From the NCBI GenBank assembly GCA_001600695.1, contig BCKQ01000005.1, positions 429,993 to 493,992 on the forward strand: DNA of 64,000 nucleotides. The letters run 5' to 3'. Of this stretch, positions 43,901 through 53,069 are shown piece by piece. This stretch comes from Ascoidea asiatica JCM 7603. Its lineage: Eukaryota > Fungi > Ascomycota. Position numbers and translations under genes: made by a program. How positions within the stretch are numbered: position 1 is the first letter of the stretch; the number at the start of each line of letters is the position of its first letter. The notes under the pieces were generated by a model that saw only the letters and a program-made list of their open reading frames with translations, was not told the origin of the DNA and made no database searches.

Positions 43901-46728
43901 AAGGTTTTGCTCAACAAGATAGATCAGCACAGGAGTTGTGTAAGTTTTGTGATGAGGGTATTCAGCTTTCCTTAAGAAAATGGAAATCTCTTCCAATAAG
44001 ATTCACAACAGCTCATGTTCAGTTGTTACACACTTTTCAACAGTACATTGAATTCATGGAAGCGAGCCAAGTGTATAATAGTCTAGTTACAACCAACGCT
44101 CACAATATAGATACCAAATCTCAAGAGCTTAAAAGAGTATTGCAAGCTTGGCGTGAAAGACTACCGAATATTTGGGATGATATTAACATATGGAATGATT
44201 TAGTTACTTGGAGACAGCATGCATTTAATGTCGTAAACAATGTTTATATGCCTTTTATACCTGCCCTTCAAGCTAACGGAAGTGGGGCAAATTCTTATGC
44301 ATATAGAGGTTACCATGAAATAGCTTGGGTAATAAATCGATTTGCTCATGTTGCAAGAAAACACAATATGCCTGCTGTTTGTATTAGTCAATTGACAAGG
44401 ATATACACATTGCCAAATATTGAAATTCAAGAAGCTTTCTTAAAGCTTAGAGAACAGGCAAAATGCCATTATCAAAACGAAAAGGAGTTGAACACTGGAT
44501 TAGATGTTATTAGTAATACCAACTTGGGCTATTTTGCACCTGCTCAAAAGGCAGAGTTTTTTGCCTTAAAAGGAATGTTTTTAGCAAAATTGAATGTCAA
44601 AGAAGAAGCCAATAAATCTTTTGCAATTGCAGTTCAAAATTATCTTCATTTAGCCAAAGGATGGGCAGAGTGGGGTTTCTATAACGACAGGCAGTTTAAA
44701 GAGAATCCCGATCAGATTGTATATGCATCTTATGCTTTGGGTTGCTATTTGCAAGCTGCAGGACTTTACAAAAATGGAAAAACAAGGAGGATTTTAGCTC
44801 GAATATTGTGGCTTATAAGCATAGATAATGATGACAAAACACTTGTTGGTATCTTTGAAGAATATAAAGGTGAAGTGCCTGTTTGGTATTGGATCACTTT
44901 CATTCCTCAATTAGTTACTTCATTGTCACATAGAGAAGCACCTTTAGTAAAAAGTATTCTTATTAAAATAGCCAAAACTTATCCTCAGGCTCTTCATTTT
45001 CAGCTCAGAACATCAAGAGAAGATTTTACAGCTCTTCAAAGACAAGCAATTGTTTTAGCTCAGGCTCAAAATACTCTAAATTCTGCTAGTCCTATTTCTA
45101 AATCTAGACCTTTAGAGTATGTTGAAGAAGTGATGGGAATATTAAAAACAGCTTTTCCTTTACTTGCTCTCAATTTAGAGTCAATAGTTGATCTTATTTG
45201 CCAAAGATTCAAACTTAATGCGGATGAAGATGCTTTCAGATTAGTTGTTGCTATGATTAATGATGGATCGCAATATTATTACAGACCCCCTTCCGAGAAT
45301 AAAGTTCCAAATCATATTGTGGAAAATATTAGGAAATTTGCAGCAAATGTTTTGCCAAAAGTAATGAGAATCCCATTTGAACAAGAACTTATTGAATGCA
45401 ACCCAGATTTTGATACTTACATGGCTAGATTGAAAAGATGGAAAGAACGTCTTGAGAATAAACTTGATAGAAGATTCAAACACATTAATTTGGAAACCCT
45501 TTCTCCACATCTTACTCAATTTCATCATCAAAAGTTTGAAGACATTGAAATACCCGGTCAATATTTGCTAAATAAAGATAACAACATTCATTTTGTAAAA
45601 ATCGAAAGATTTCTTCCCTCGCTTGATTTAATGCGTGGATCTACTGGTTGTTATAAAAGGTTAAAAATTAGAGGTCATGATGGTTCTTTACACTCATTTA
45701 TTGTTCAATCTCCTGCCACTCGTCATAGCAGAAGAGAAGAGAGACTTTTTCAATTATTCAGAATTTTTAGTGATGAGCTATCAAGAAAGGTTCAAGCTCG
45801 TTCAAGAAATATTTCATTTACTGTACCGATTGCAGTTCCATTATCACCACATGTTCGAATAATAGCTGAAGCTCTTAATTATTTATCCTTACAAAGTATA
45901 TACGAAGACTATTGCCGAAAAAATAAGCTAGATCCTGATGAACCTCTTCTTTATACAATTAAAAAGATTCGTTCAGCATACAACGAACGTTTACCAAAAC
46001 CAGAATTCACAAGTATTAGAGTTGAGATATTCAATGCTATTCAAGCTTTACTTGTTCCTACTACAGTTCTTCGTGATTTTTTTGTTAATTTGTATCCAAA
46101 ATATGAAGACTTTTGGATTTTCAGAAAACAGTTTTCTTCCCAATATGCTTCATTTATGTTCATGTGTTTTTCTTTGTGCATTTCGAATAGATACCCTAAA
46201 AGAATTCATATAAATTTCAATTCCGGTGATGTTTTTACAAGCGATATGATACCATCAAAACTCACCACAAAATTGAGCTTCAACAAATCAAATAGTTCAG
46301 AAGGATCTGAATTTCGTATGACACCATTACTTCATAATACAGATAATGTTCCTTTTAGATTGTCATCGAATATACAAGAATTGATTGGTGATGTTTCAAT
46401 GGAAGGAATTACCTCTGTTCATTTATTTACAATAGGAAAATGTTTATCTGAACCGGAATTTGATATGGAACAATTTTTGTGTTTATTTGTTCGTGATGAA
46501 GCTATTTCATGGTTTACTAATACTAAACCTTCTGTGGTTCCTCAAGATAGTCATCTTAGAAATATCATAAAATTAAGTGTTGAAAAGGTTCAAAATAATG
46601 TTGCAAAAACGTGTACTCCACTGTCACCATCTTTAGTTGCGACTCAAGCTGCTCTTGATTTAATTTCAGTAGCTGTTAATCCTTCATATTTGGCTAATTC
46701 AGATATTAGTTATATGTCTTTCTTTTAA
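34978..46728 (+). CDS. TRA1: Tra1/TRRAP pseudo-PIKK scaffold of SAGA and NuA4
   Basis: 3916 aa; LRTLELCVDNLT, RILGKLGGRNR, FAT domain AYRGYHEIAW, PI3K-like domain RREERLFQLFR and C-terminal FATC. Confidence 0.97.
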   Translation: MSLISNTEKIDTFAKILSSEETDIKLKIKTLSELCEITETFNTSNEYNHFLKKLIPIFFNLLNIIPINNYLYSNQHKLRHYIFEIFQRCLMNDLFKIYSIDLLNLLMNLIKLENEDNSILILQILINLHKSYKSDLNIYLNPFIDLIIQIYKNVPILVNETFNKNVQILNKDNLNSNTIKINQSNQDKIVISENNSNDTVMDEINEDPNENNNNKDNQENNKEKNNNNNNTNNDNDNKDQNKNNSKNDNNNDNNKNNNNDTDSKLQPSNQLLSLSSPTPVLTPTPNQTPGPILTQVNTPNTPNPNPNPNANLNSNSNMNTNSDSQFLNISPNAMHSFKLVAECPISTVTLFSSHKQLIQSDLPRIIPYIIDILKLQVNHQKNSRLLSELNGKKFTSVSNLIKNRKNYSDFIAVQVKSASFLAYVFIRGYCQEILKSYNSIIPDLILRLLQDCPSESSASRKELLHATRHMLSTTSRDLFIPKLDLFYDETILIGDALTSYETLRPLAYSMVADFIHTIRTELNPTQIKKTVIMFCSKLCDSSLAITVQVMSAKLLLNLIENIRKLENKSHSRQLFMLIINAFTKRFQILNNDYKSIIKRNKEYELKLIQIEKKHSNFKNNFDPNNNNINNKVKNIDLDNDGVEKLIQKEKEVEVELELELELNQKSIQSKNKVENHNRNDNYDNNENNNKDLDDSGDIKMTDVSEANSNNKNEPKTNEESKNSKNSIIDNKIELDDILTYKELLKHSPVILFNQNQKSTEPLKEAKYIFKTLMNYLKNIMICLKQSNPPPSSPDYNQIFWNQFACSFSYEEVNIFTKLFKEALVGMRFFQSSNPSLLEDEEANNQSFTLSSKAFTMSTTKEEKEIMEMFCSIFSSIDLATFNEICQEMMETLYQNILLNPSLLHIPQSFLLKELTSANFTGLLISFLKTKLKDLGEINLLRSNVLIRLFKLTFLTVHVSNNNVNESVLVPHLNDLILTSLKLASVSKQPIAYFYVIKYLFKNIAGGNFYKEFMPLLKMLLEYFNRAIDSAKSIHERDVYAELCLSVPVRLSVLVPHLFHLMRPLVYALNGSSDLVSQGLRTLELCVDNLTSEYFDPIIEPVIGDVMKALWGHLKPLPYPHQISHTTVRILGKLGGRNRKYIQNVQDLSPATDVFQEVYANFKINGFPSDAKISVTPGVEAALSLLNTDDVSEEFSEYKLNAYYYIRALIKLFIDFDVPKNINQYIKGCTSIILKKKLDNTKALPDKLVADPVKLERQEGLLRELLKGLFLSIKIEKVSTESKRFIKGLCDHFAILFLGESVVSKIKNERIFSVFDKEGSTFLNEKVILDAIAFALSSDDKDIRNEGISSIKNLFNASVILLESLDNISMFSLLRSMVLRFIHECYEELYYRKLGGVIGLRTMFEKLGIPASWFATFQGELIRSLFFVLKDSHSNVPEEVRSETKELILMVISGCNEGREKEEVLSQPFQEIVGVIVYDLANSNEVVRKTSQEALLVLSKVTSCLVSEIIFPCKTTLLTPIFGKPLRALPFPMQIGNIDAITFCLGLEGTFLKFDEELNRLLFETLQLASAEDELLTNNLTDHRTLVHLVQLRVACIRLLSASLSKPEFSSAAQQNRIKIHILAVFFKSLCSTSPEVIEAAHVGLKDSLDPNFKLPKELLQQGLRPMLSTLSDYQKLTVPSLGALERLLQLLITYFKVEIGKKLLDHVKAFAQQNTLQKISVTELENNHIIKVIVAVLNIFHVLPPKANMYFEEIMTTLEYLEMQLRRKKASPFRKPVAKYLNRFFKEGYQYFIDKFNKRYTGNLFSDILTMEETSKLRSLIKENISKIYENVLGESNKKVQCSKFANLIDIVEALAKTDTSWFNDQLDLLTNILKMSKDVATFEHEQGFEVDVHFQVVQAFEKLQIIFLKFFESNENCSENVLKIIDLVCSYRIEISLELEDYIFTKVVKSNNASLKQEYLAKCASMSIDKVCSQKTKVYLFKFILNPILIYEGYKYKTLEKLYKKIDGSTDLPLWLKLIHSKIWCANTDLITDLRAGPIDFYRIELLQMTACLIKFAPDAASDVRKDIVKFCWVYTKLDDSITQQVAYLVTSYFITAFATPVKIITKVLLSLLKSHLIDTRYIVKQALDLLAPVLPVRMKDPTLSWLKHARKILSEDGYNIPQVVTIYQFIVGHSDLFFPVRDHFIPNIITAMGKLILLSNSNSENQILAIDLAQLIAIWERKAIKIKLEQEIKFEENNTSKDSVLLLSQISLNQKESYLSFLTRYFVTNTQRVSETEVGQRALRVLYSVLSLEDWSQVNIKLQFVERFLTPTDFSGNNAIPYCLNSLEFFCIVLKWKKPKWIIENISYLKTLLDKSLKCEVYEIHEILQKALYIILNSISSYQTDKTIESEEMKDFSKFLVDIASEDIFSSSNSKIAAGILLCSTLSNFDPTLVDSFLSDILKSFAKYYKEFRSASSQPHENNNYNSESDSKTATKLLEKTIEMGAKRISMLGDQRKLLLSLLTQLIEGSSDEALLEMILNLVKKWVFSKDTFPTVKEKAEILSSMQGFEDRNLLVLAKKFYQIIVEIYEDESLVFSDLTARMEGSFLSGTKFRDITTRRKLMKIFNNSLEPNLTKIFYYIITDQNWEHLKDYYWINQANQLLFSSFDKNFDLKLSHGNYYLRPFSNLREGVDVIPLDSPDDSKVKSFVSNHINFLNSIKGVKASDILLPLIELSYFSNDTAHGIWLQLFPLCYKTITMKEKIEERIEEKIDFMGQLSVLFSKPYYQSSSRPNVILSFLEAIGRCPDLQLPPQLVNYLGETYNSWYQALKILEANNNNSSVDNSKVHEINQDALIEIYSSLQEDDMFYGLWRRRANYLETSSALSFEQIGLWDNALRKYEEAQIKARSGVLPYGESEYSLWEDHWILCAEKLQQWDVLTELAKHEGFTDLLLECGWRVASWTEDKEPLENSVRAVMDVPTPRRQIFQTFLCLQGFAQQDRSAQELCKFCDEGIQLSLRKWKSLPIRFTTAHVQLLHTFQQYIEFMEASQVYNSLVTTNAHNIDTKSQELKRVLQAWRERLPNIWDDINIWNDLVTWRQHAFNVVNNVYMPFIPALQANGSGANSYAYRGYHEIAWVINRFAHVARKHNMPAVCISQLTRIYTLPNIEIQEAFLKLREQAKCHYQNEKELNTGLDVISNTNLGYFAPAQKAEFFALKGMFLAKLNVKEEANKSFAIAVQNYLHLAKGWAEWGFYNDRQFKENPDQIVYASYALGCYLQAAGLYKNGKTRRILARILWLISIDNDDKTLVGIFEEYKGEVPVWYWITFIPQLVTSLSHREAPLVKSILIKIAKTYPQALHFQLRTSREDFTALQRQAIVLAQAQNTLNSASPISKSRPLEYVEEVMGILKTAFPLLALNLESIVDLICQRFKLNADEDAFRLVVAMINDGSQYYYRPPSENKVPNHIVENIRKFAANVLPKVMRIPFEQELIECNPDFDTYMARLKRWKERLENKLDRRFKHINLETLSPHLTQFHHQKFEDIEIPGQYLLNKDNNIHFVKIERFLPSLDLMRGSTGCYKRLKIRGHDGSLHSFIVQSPATRHSRREERLFQLFRIFSDELSRKVQARSRNISFTVPIAVPLSPHVRIIAEALNYLSLQSIYEDYCRKNKLDPDEPLLYTIKKIRSAYNERLPKPEFTSIRVEIFNAIQALLVPTTVLRDFFVNLYPKYEDFWIFRKQFSSQYASFMFMCFSLCISNRYPKRIHINFNSGDVFTSDMIPSKLTTKLSFNKSNSSEGSEFRMTPLLHNTDNVPFRLSSNIQELIGDVSMEGITSVHLFTIGKCLSEPEFDMEQFLCLFVRDEAISWFTNTKPSVVPQDSHLRNIIKLSVEKVQNNVAKTCTPLSPSLVATQAALDLISVAVNPSYLANSDISYMSFF

Positions 46729-47035
46729 AAGTTCTGTTCAAATGTTTTACAGTTAACGTGTTTTTATAAATTCTATTATTTTGTTGATTATTAAATATAT
46801 CATTCTTACCTTCTTCATTCAATTTTTTTTATAACCTTTTATTTTTAATGTTAATTTCTGAAATTTATTTTTTATGTTCATTTTTTGTCTTTTAATTCTC
46901 CTCTTTCTTGAAGTTAAAACTATTTTATTCGATTCTTTACATAAAGCTTCTTTTTTTTGCAGTTGCATACTCAGGAATTGTTTGTTTATTGAAACATTAA
47001 TAATACATGTATTTTTAGTTATTTAAAATTTTTAC

Positions 47036-47851
47036 TTAGACTAGTGGAGTAGGAGAAGAAGATTTTGAAATATATTTTGACCTCAATAAAGCTATTCTAT
47101 AAAAAACCGTATTAATAAAACAGTTGGAAAGTGATAAAAAAGAAATGAATAAAGAAATAAATGCTATAGTCTTTATATAAAGAGTAACATTAGAATTTGA
47201 GTTAACAGAATTATTCAAGTTATTAAGATCATTTGAATTATCTTTCAAATTTTTTTGATTTTTTTTGAAACTATCCTCATCTAAAGTATAAGCATTATAG
47301 GTTAAATTCTGTATTGGTATTAAATAATAAACTGAGGTTAAATATAATACAAAGCTAAAAAACTGGAGAATTGTACTTAAAATATGTAAATTGTAAGAAA
47401 ATTTATTTGGTATTGTTACTGAAGCAAAAGGTAGAATATATGCACATATTAAAAACTTGAAATTTAGCAGTGTTAGCTTTATTTAGAATATAGTATAACT
47501 TATGAGGAAGCAAAAATAAATAATTTAAAATTATAATTTAGTAGTTCTTACCATTACTAAAGTATAATATGGAGCCAATATTGAAATTGAAGGTCTGTTT
47601 TGAATTTCATCAAAAGGAATATTCATAAAAGAAATTAAATATTGAACTAAAAGTAAAAAAATATATGATTCCAAAAATCTTCGAACCAATTTTGAATTAT
47701 AAATAAAATCAGAATCAGAATCGAAATCATTTGATGAATTTAATTCAGATTTTATACCTGAATTTAGCTGTGAATCACAATTCAAAGTTGAACTTCCATT
47801 GATAGTACCAGAATTAAGAAGCAAATCAGAAAGATTGTTTTTTGAATCCAT
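47036..47851 (-). CDS. Orphan multi-pass membrane protein, 239 aa; exons 47851-47552 and 47455-47036
   Basis: Intron 47551-47456 (GTAAGA, GCTAAC, AAG) joins two tracked ORFs into one stop-free 720-nt frame with about four hydrophobic segments. Confidence 0.65.
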
Positions 47852-48145
47852 ATTCAAAAGTTATAGAATAATAAAATTTTTGAAATAATAAAAATTTCAA
47901 AAATAAAAAGATATATATATAAAATTTCAAAAACAAATTTATCTTGTAAATTTTTTACTTTTTAGATTGTTTACTGAAAAGTATATTTTACATTTTATTT
48001 TACTTTCATTGATTTCAATAAATGATCAATATGTTTCATTTATACTAAAGTTTCAGTGTTTTATGAAGTCCTTACTCAAAGTAAAAACAGAAGGAAATAC
48101 TTCTTTGTGTTCTTTAATCAAATATAAATTCAAAACAAAAGTTTA

Positions 48146-48240
48146 GACTTTGGGACTTTGGGACTTTGGGACTTTGGGACTTTCAGAACTTTGGAATTTG
48201 TTTTTTTGATTTTGGGTTTGGGGTTTGGGGTTTGGGGGTT
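48146..48240 (+). repeat. Two G-rich tandem repeats, (GACTTTGG)x4 and (TTTGGGG)-like x4
   Basis: Read directly; each repeat has four tracts of at least three G. Confidence 0.85.
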
Positions 48241-49230
48241 TTCAGACTTCGGACCATTCAAATATTTGGGGTCTTTGTATCATGGAAGCTTTCGCACGGA
48301 AATTTTTCTGGAATACAACGGATTTAAAAAGTTCTGAACACTTGCATTAATAAGCAGAGTTTACTGCAATTACAAGCAGTTTCCTATACGCAACAAGCTG
48401 TTTGTTCTATGCTTAACAGGGGTTTATATTTTTGGATTCCATGCAGAGCATGTTTAGGATCCCCGACCATTGGATGTCTTACCCCCGTTTCTTGTCACTC
48501 CGCCACCAGACATTTTTTTGCGAGTGTAATAGAAACAGAAGTATTGGTTTTGTAGAGTAGATGTTTGAGCTGCTCTATCCAGATTCATCACAGGAATCAA
48601 CCACAACAAAGACTCCACTGAAAGATGGTACTAGAGACACCTCAAATTTTTGGTGTAATATTGGCATACTATTGATTGCATATATATTTGCACTGCTTTA
48701 AAAGCCAAGCTATACTGCCAAAATCCCTAAAACTTCTTAACATATGAGTTACTTTATGAACTTCAGAAGAATCTATGAGTTTCACACATTTTATAGGTAT
48801 ATGCATACTACCTCTGTATCTTTTTCTTGAAATTATTTGACCATTTCAATAAAACTTATACGACTAAGACGAGTTTTGTAAAGAATTTGTTACTCTAAAA
48901 AAGCTTCACAAACAGGTTTCTTTTTTCAATGATTAATTTTGAAAATCAAAAAATCATTTGAGCGGAAAACTATGAAGAGAGTTACCAAGTGTCTTCAACA
49001 AAGATTTGACTCAGGACAATGACTCCCCAATCTTCAAGTACATTTTAGCCTAAATTCAATGAAGTGAAATGCCTTATATAGTAAACCGAAAAAATGGTAG
49101 TCAAAAAGCTTTAGAAATGTGATTTATATCAAAATTTTTGAGAAAGTCTTAAAAAGAGATGTAAACCATTGATTAATAAGCTTTCAAAGGCCTTTAATGA
49201 CCTCAAAATTCAATTTAAAGAACTATAAAC

Positions 49231-49237
49231 AAAAAAA
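49231..49237 (-). terminator. RNA polymerase III poly-T terminator of the tRNA gene
   Basis: TTCTTTTTTT directly after the discriminator base on the minus strand. Confidence 0.8.
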
Positions 49238-49240
49238 GAA

Positions 49241-49383
49241 TGATACCAGCGAGGTTCGAACTCGCGCCTCCGAAGAGACCCGCAAATTTAATATACTCTC
49301 TATACTCTTGCTTCTGTTTATCAGCTTAAATATTTATTGGAATTATCCTGAAGCGGGCGCCTTAACCACTCGGCCACAGTATC
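49241..49383 (-). tRNA. tL(CAG): tRNA-Leu, anticodon CAG, with a 62-nt intron (49346-49285)
   Basis: GATACTG TG GCCGAGTGGTTAAGGC G CCCGC TT CAG G [intron] T GCGGG TCTCTTCGGAGGC GCGAG TTCGAAC CTCGC TGGTATC A: full cloverleaf, A and B boxes, long variable arm, A73 discriminator, U33, G37, downstream T7 terminator. Confidence 0.93.
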
Positions 49384-50464
49384 AAAGTTTTGTAAAAATA
49401 TAGTAATTTTTTCTTTTTATCTTTGTACTTTTACATTTAAAATCCTGTATTTTGAAGTCTCACAGAACGAAATAAGCATAAAAGTACTCATTTATTTATG
49501 TTACCCTGGTTACGGGTATAATCCCAGTTTTTAATGCACCTCTAATTGCTATTCCTTGCACAGAAAACTTTAAATAATGGCGCAGGGGGTTTTCTCTGAA
49601 TACACATGTATAACAAAAATATGACTACATTGACTAACATTTAGTAGCTAAACTTAGCTTTCAGAAGCATGCCGTACGCGGTCATCATTTGGTAAGTTTG
49701 AACTCAAAATTTAGATTAAAAAAAATAAATTTAAAAATCAATCAAGTACCTGTTTCCTAGGAAACACATAATTAATTTGAAATTTTTATTTTAATCACCA
49801 AAAAATTTGAACCTGTCTTAAAATTATTGAAATAAATTCAATTTTTCAAAATTTAGCTCGGTAACAACAGCAACCTATTGAACTGGAGTTTTTCCTAGCT
49901 TTTTGTACTAATTATACCTTGTCTACTGTTTCGGATCATGCATTTCAAGCTCCACAAACTCCCTAGTAACTTGAGAAAAAAACAAATAATGATAGGAACC
50001 TGGAATTTCCAGCGAAATCTGGTCTCAATCTTGACTTTTTTTGCAGCACAAACAGGAAATAATAATTGGTTGGTTTTTATTAACTTAAGGAGTCAGAACA
50101 ACTTCCACAAAGGTTGTGACTGTGGACATAAAGAATAATGTAACCAGTGATAGTTAATCCGAAGTGAAAGCTGTTTTTTTTTAGGGTGGCTGACGATAAC
50201 TACACCAAAGTAAACCAAAGTATACTTCCTACGGTACTAATCAGTCAAGTTACTCCTCCAAAAAAACTCAAGTTTAGAAAGTATCAAGATTTGAGACTAT
50301 AGAAAAGATTAAATGGTTCATTCATTTAGTTCTTCATTGGCTGAACTTGATAGAGAGTGGAATACAGAAAAGAAGCAGAAAAAAAAAAATGAAAGTAAAG
50401 ATAAGAAAAGTTTGAATATAAGAAAATAAAAATAAAGCAAGTGTTCGTTTACTGTTTAAAAAAC

Positions 50465-53069
50465 TCAATGAAAACAGCTTTCAAAACTTATTTGTTCTCC
50501 ATCGAGGTTAAAATCCGAAGAAGGTTGTTTATCTCCTCCTCCTGTATTAAATATCATACTTTGATAATTATTTGGATAGATATTTTGAAGATTTTGCAAA
50601 TTTTGACAATTTGCTAAACTCTCTAAATTGGATAAGTTTGTTATATTATTTGGTAAATTTAGCATATTTACAAATCCTGTAAAATTATTTGCATTGTTTA
50701 TGCTATTCATATTATTTAAATTATTCAAATTGTTTGAATCGATTGAAGTATTTGAAGAGTTTATATTGTTCCTTTTGCTATCATTCATTCTTTCAAAATT
50801 TGCATTTGTATTTTCACTTCCATTGCGAATGTTATTGCTATTATTGTTATTATTAATTAGCATATTTTCACTGAACAAAAGATGTTGTTGATATTGACTA
50901 TTGACTGGAGTAAATATATTAGAATTTGGTTCTTCAAATGTTGCAGTCATTAAATTATTATTATTATTATTGTTATTACTACTGATATTATTAATGTTAT
51001 TGACAATATTGAGATTTTGATTATTCAAATTATTATAATTATTGGAATCACTCGAATCAGGAAAATCAATTGAGGTCGGAATTAAGTATTGTGAATATTG
51101 AGAATTTTGATTATGCTGATTAGTTTGAGATAAATTTTGATTAAAATTAAAATCAGGAACTATTTTAAATGGAGTTTCTAAATTATCTGCAAAATCAGTA
51201 GAAATTGTTGAAACTGAACCTAAATTTGAATTAAATGATGAAGAAACTGTTTCTTCATTAAAGTTTGCTCTAATTGGTGTGAAAAAAAATTGAGAATTAT
51301 TGTTTGCTAAATTTAAATTTAGATTTTCGGTTTTAGTATTTAGATCAACTAAACTTGAATTTGAAACTTTGGAAATATTATTATCATTAAAAATATTTTC
51401 TGAATTGAAATATTTTAAATTAATCGGTGTAATAGCAGGTGTTACGGATGGTGTTATAGAAGAAGATATAGTAGAAAGTAAATCTATACTAGATAAAGAT
51501 TTAGAATGTCCTCCAAGAGATGAATTTGATTTCAGTTTGTTTTTTAATTTTAAATGTGAGTATGAATTTGTTTTATTTTTAAATGTTTTTGTGTTTGAAT
51601 TTGCTGAATATGATATTGATGATGATCTCAGTTTAGTATTAATAGATAAATTCTTAGGGTTTGAAGTTTTTAGTCTTTTATTGTTATTTGATGTTAAATT
51701 ATTTTTGTAATTGTTTGTTTCATTATCATTACTTAATATTGCTTTTCCATCTTCTGTAAAAGAGATTGACATTGATTTAGAAAGAGAAACTAAATTTGAA
51801 TTAGAATTAGAATTTTTTTTTGGTTTGTTTTCTTTCTGAAAATTTTCATATAAATCTTTATTTAGGTCATTATCAAGAATATTAGTATCAATATCTACTA
51901 AAACATTTGAAGAATTTGTATGTGAATCAGTTTTCTTTTTTATATTTTTGATCTTATTATTCTTATTAATCGTCCTTTTAGAACTTTTCAATAAAAGTTT
52001 ATTATTATCAGGGCTAGAATATTTACTTTGATTTGCCGTTTTATTTTCAAATTTACTCTTACTTTTATTTTTATTAGTTATTTTTGAGTTTAAATTTTGT
52101 TTTTCTTTACTGGAATTTTTATCCGGTGAAAGAGACCTTTCTTTTTTGGCAATTTCTTTTTTAATGCTCTCTTTCATATCTTTAGAAGGTAATTGATTAA
52201 TTTTATTATTGGAAGAATTGAATGAATAATTTTTAAATTTGAAAAAAGAGTTATTATTATTGTTGATATTAATGTTCATCTCTTTATTATCAGTTTCACA
52301 CTTTAAATTTTTCAGAGATTTTAATTTCGCTGGAGATTTCAATCTTAATGGAGTTGGAGAAGGTAATTCAGGTAATGAATGATCAACAAAAATATATTCA
52401 GTTGAATGATTTTTAAAGATATTTTGAGAGCTTTTACTTGAACTTGAGTTAGAACCTGAATTTGAATTTGAGCTTATATTTGAGCTTGTATTTGAACTAG
52501 ATTTAGAATCAATATTGGAATTTGAATTTGTGTTTGTATTTGAATTGATATTTGATAAAGATTTTGAGTTTTTTAAGTACTTTTTCGAAGATTTAATTGA
52601 ATTATTATACAATTCAATTTTTTGATTAGTTAATTGAAAACAAAAATCAAAATTATTAGTTTCATTGATATTGTTATTATTATTATTATTATCATTATTA
52701 TTTTTATCATTAGGTTTATATAATAGTTTATTTGAATTTTTTTTATTAATTTTATTGATAATTTTATCATTTTGAGAATTTATAGAATTATTTAATAATT
52801 TTTCTCTTTGTCTGTCTTTATTATTTTTTAGTCTCCAAACAGATTTTGAAGAAGAATTCATATTTAAACTTGATTGTCTTTCAAGAGATTCTTTTGATTT
52901 CACTTTTACTTTTGGTAAATTATATGTTGAAACATTTATATCAGATTGAAAAGTTTTTCTAAAAAAGTAAGGAATTATTAAAGTTAGTTAAAATTTTTTT
53001 TAGATTAATTTGTCGATGTTAAGGAATAATTCTTTGATAAAGAACATACAGTTTGTTTGAATTTACCAT
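50465..53069 (-). CDS. Uncharacterised Asn/Ser/Lys-rich low-complexity protein; exons 53069-53050 and 52958-50465
   Basis: Intron 53049-52959 (GTATGT, AACTAAC, TAG) links MVNSNKL in frame to the 812-codon ORF; no domain recognised. Confidence 0.72.

Noticed and set aside
48561-48701. 46-codon ORF (MFELLYPDSS...IGILLIAYIFALL) with three CTG codons near the CAG tRNA
   Set aside because: Tempting as a CUG sensor, but it is short, has non-host codon usage and has no homology or expression support.
49197-49403. 68-aa ORF
   Set aside because: It is antisense to the tRNA-Leu(CAG) gene.
48250-50450. Possible LTR or retrotransposon remnants around the tRNA
   Set aside because: No TG...CA direct repeats, target duplication or gag/pol similarity visible.
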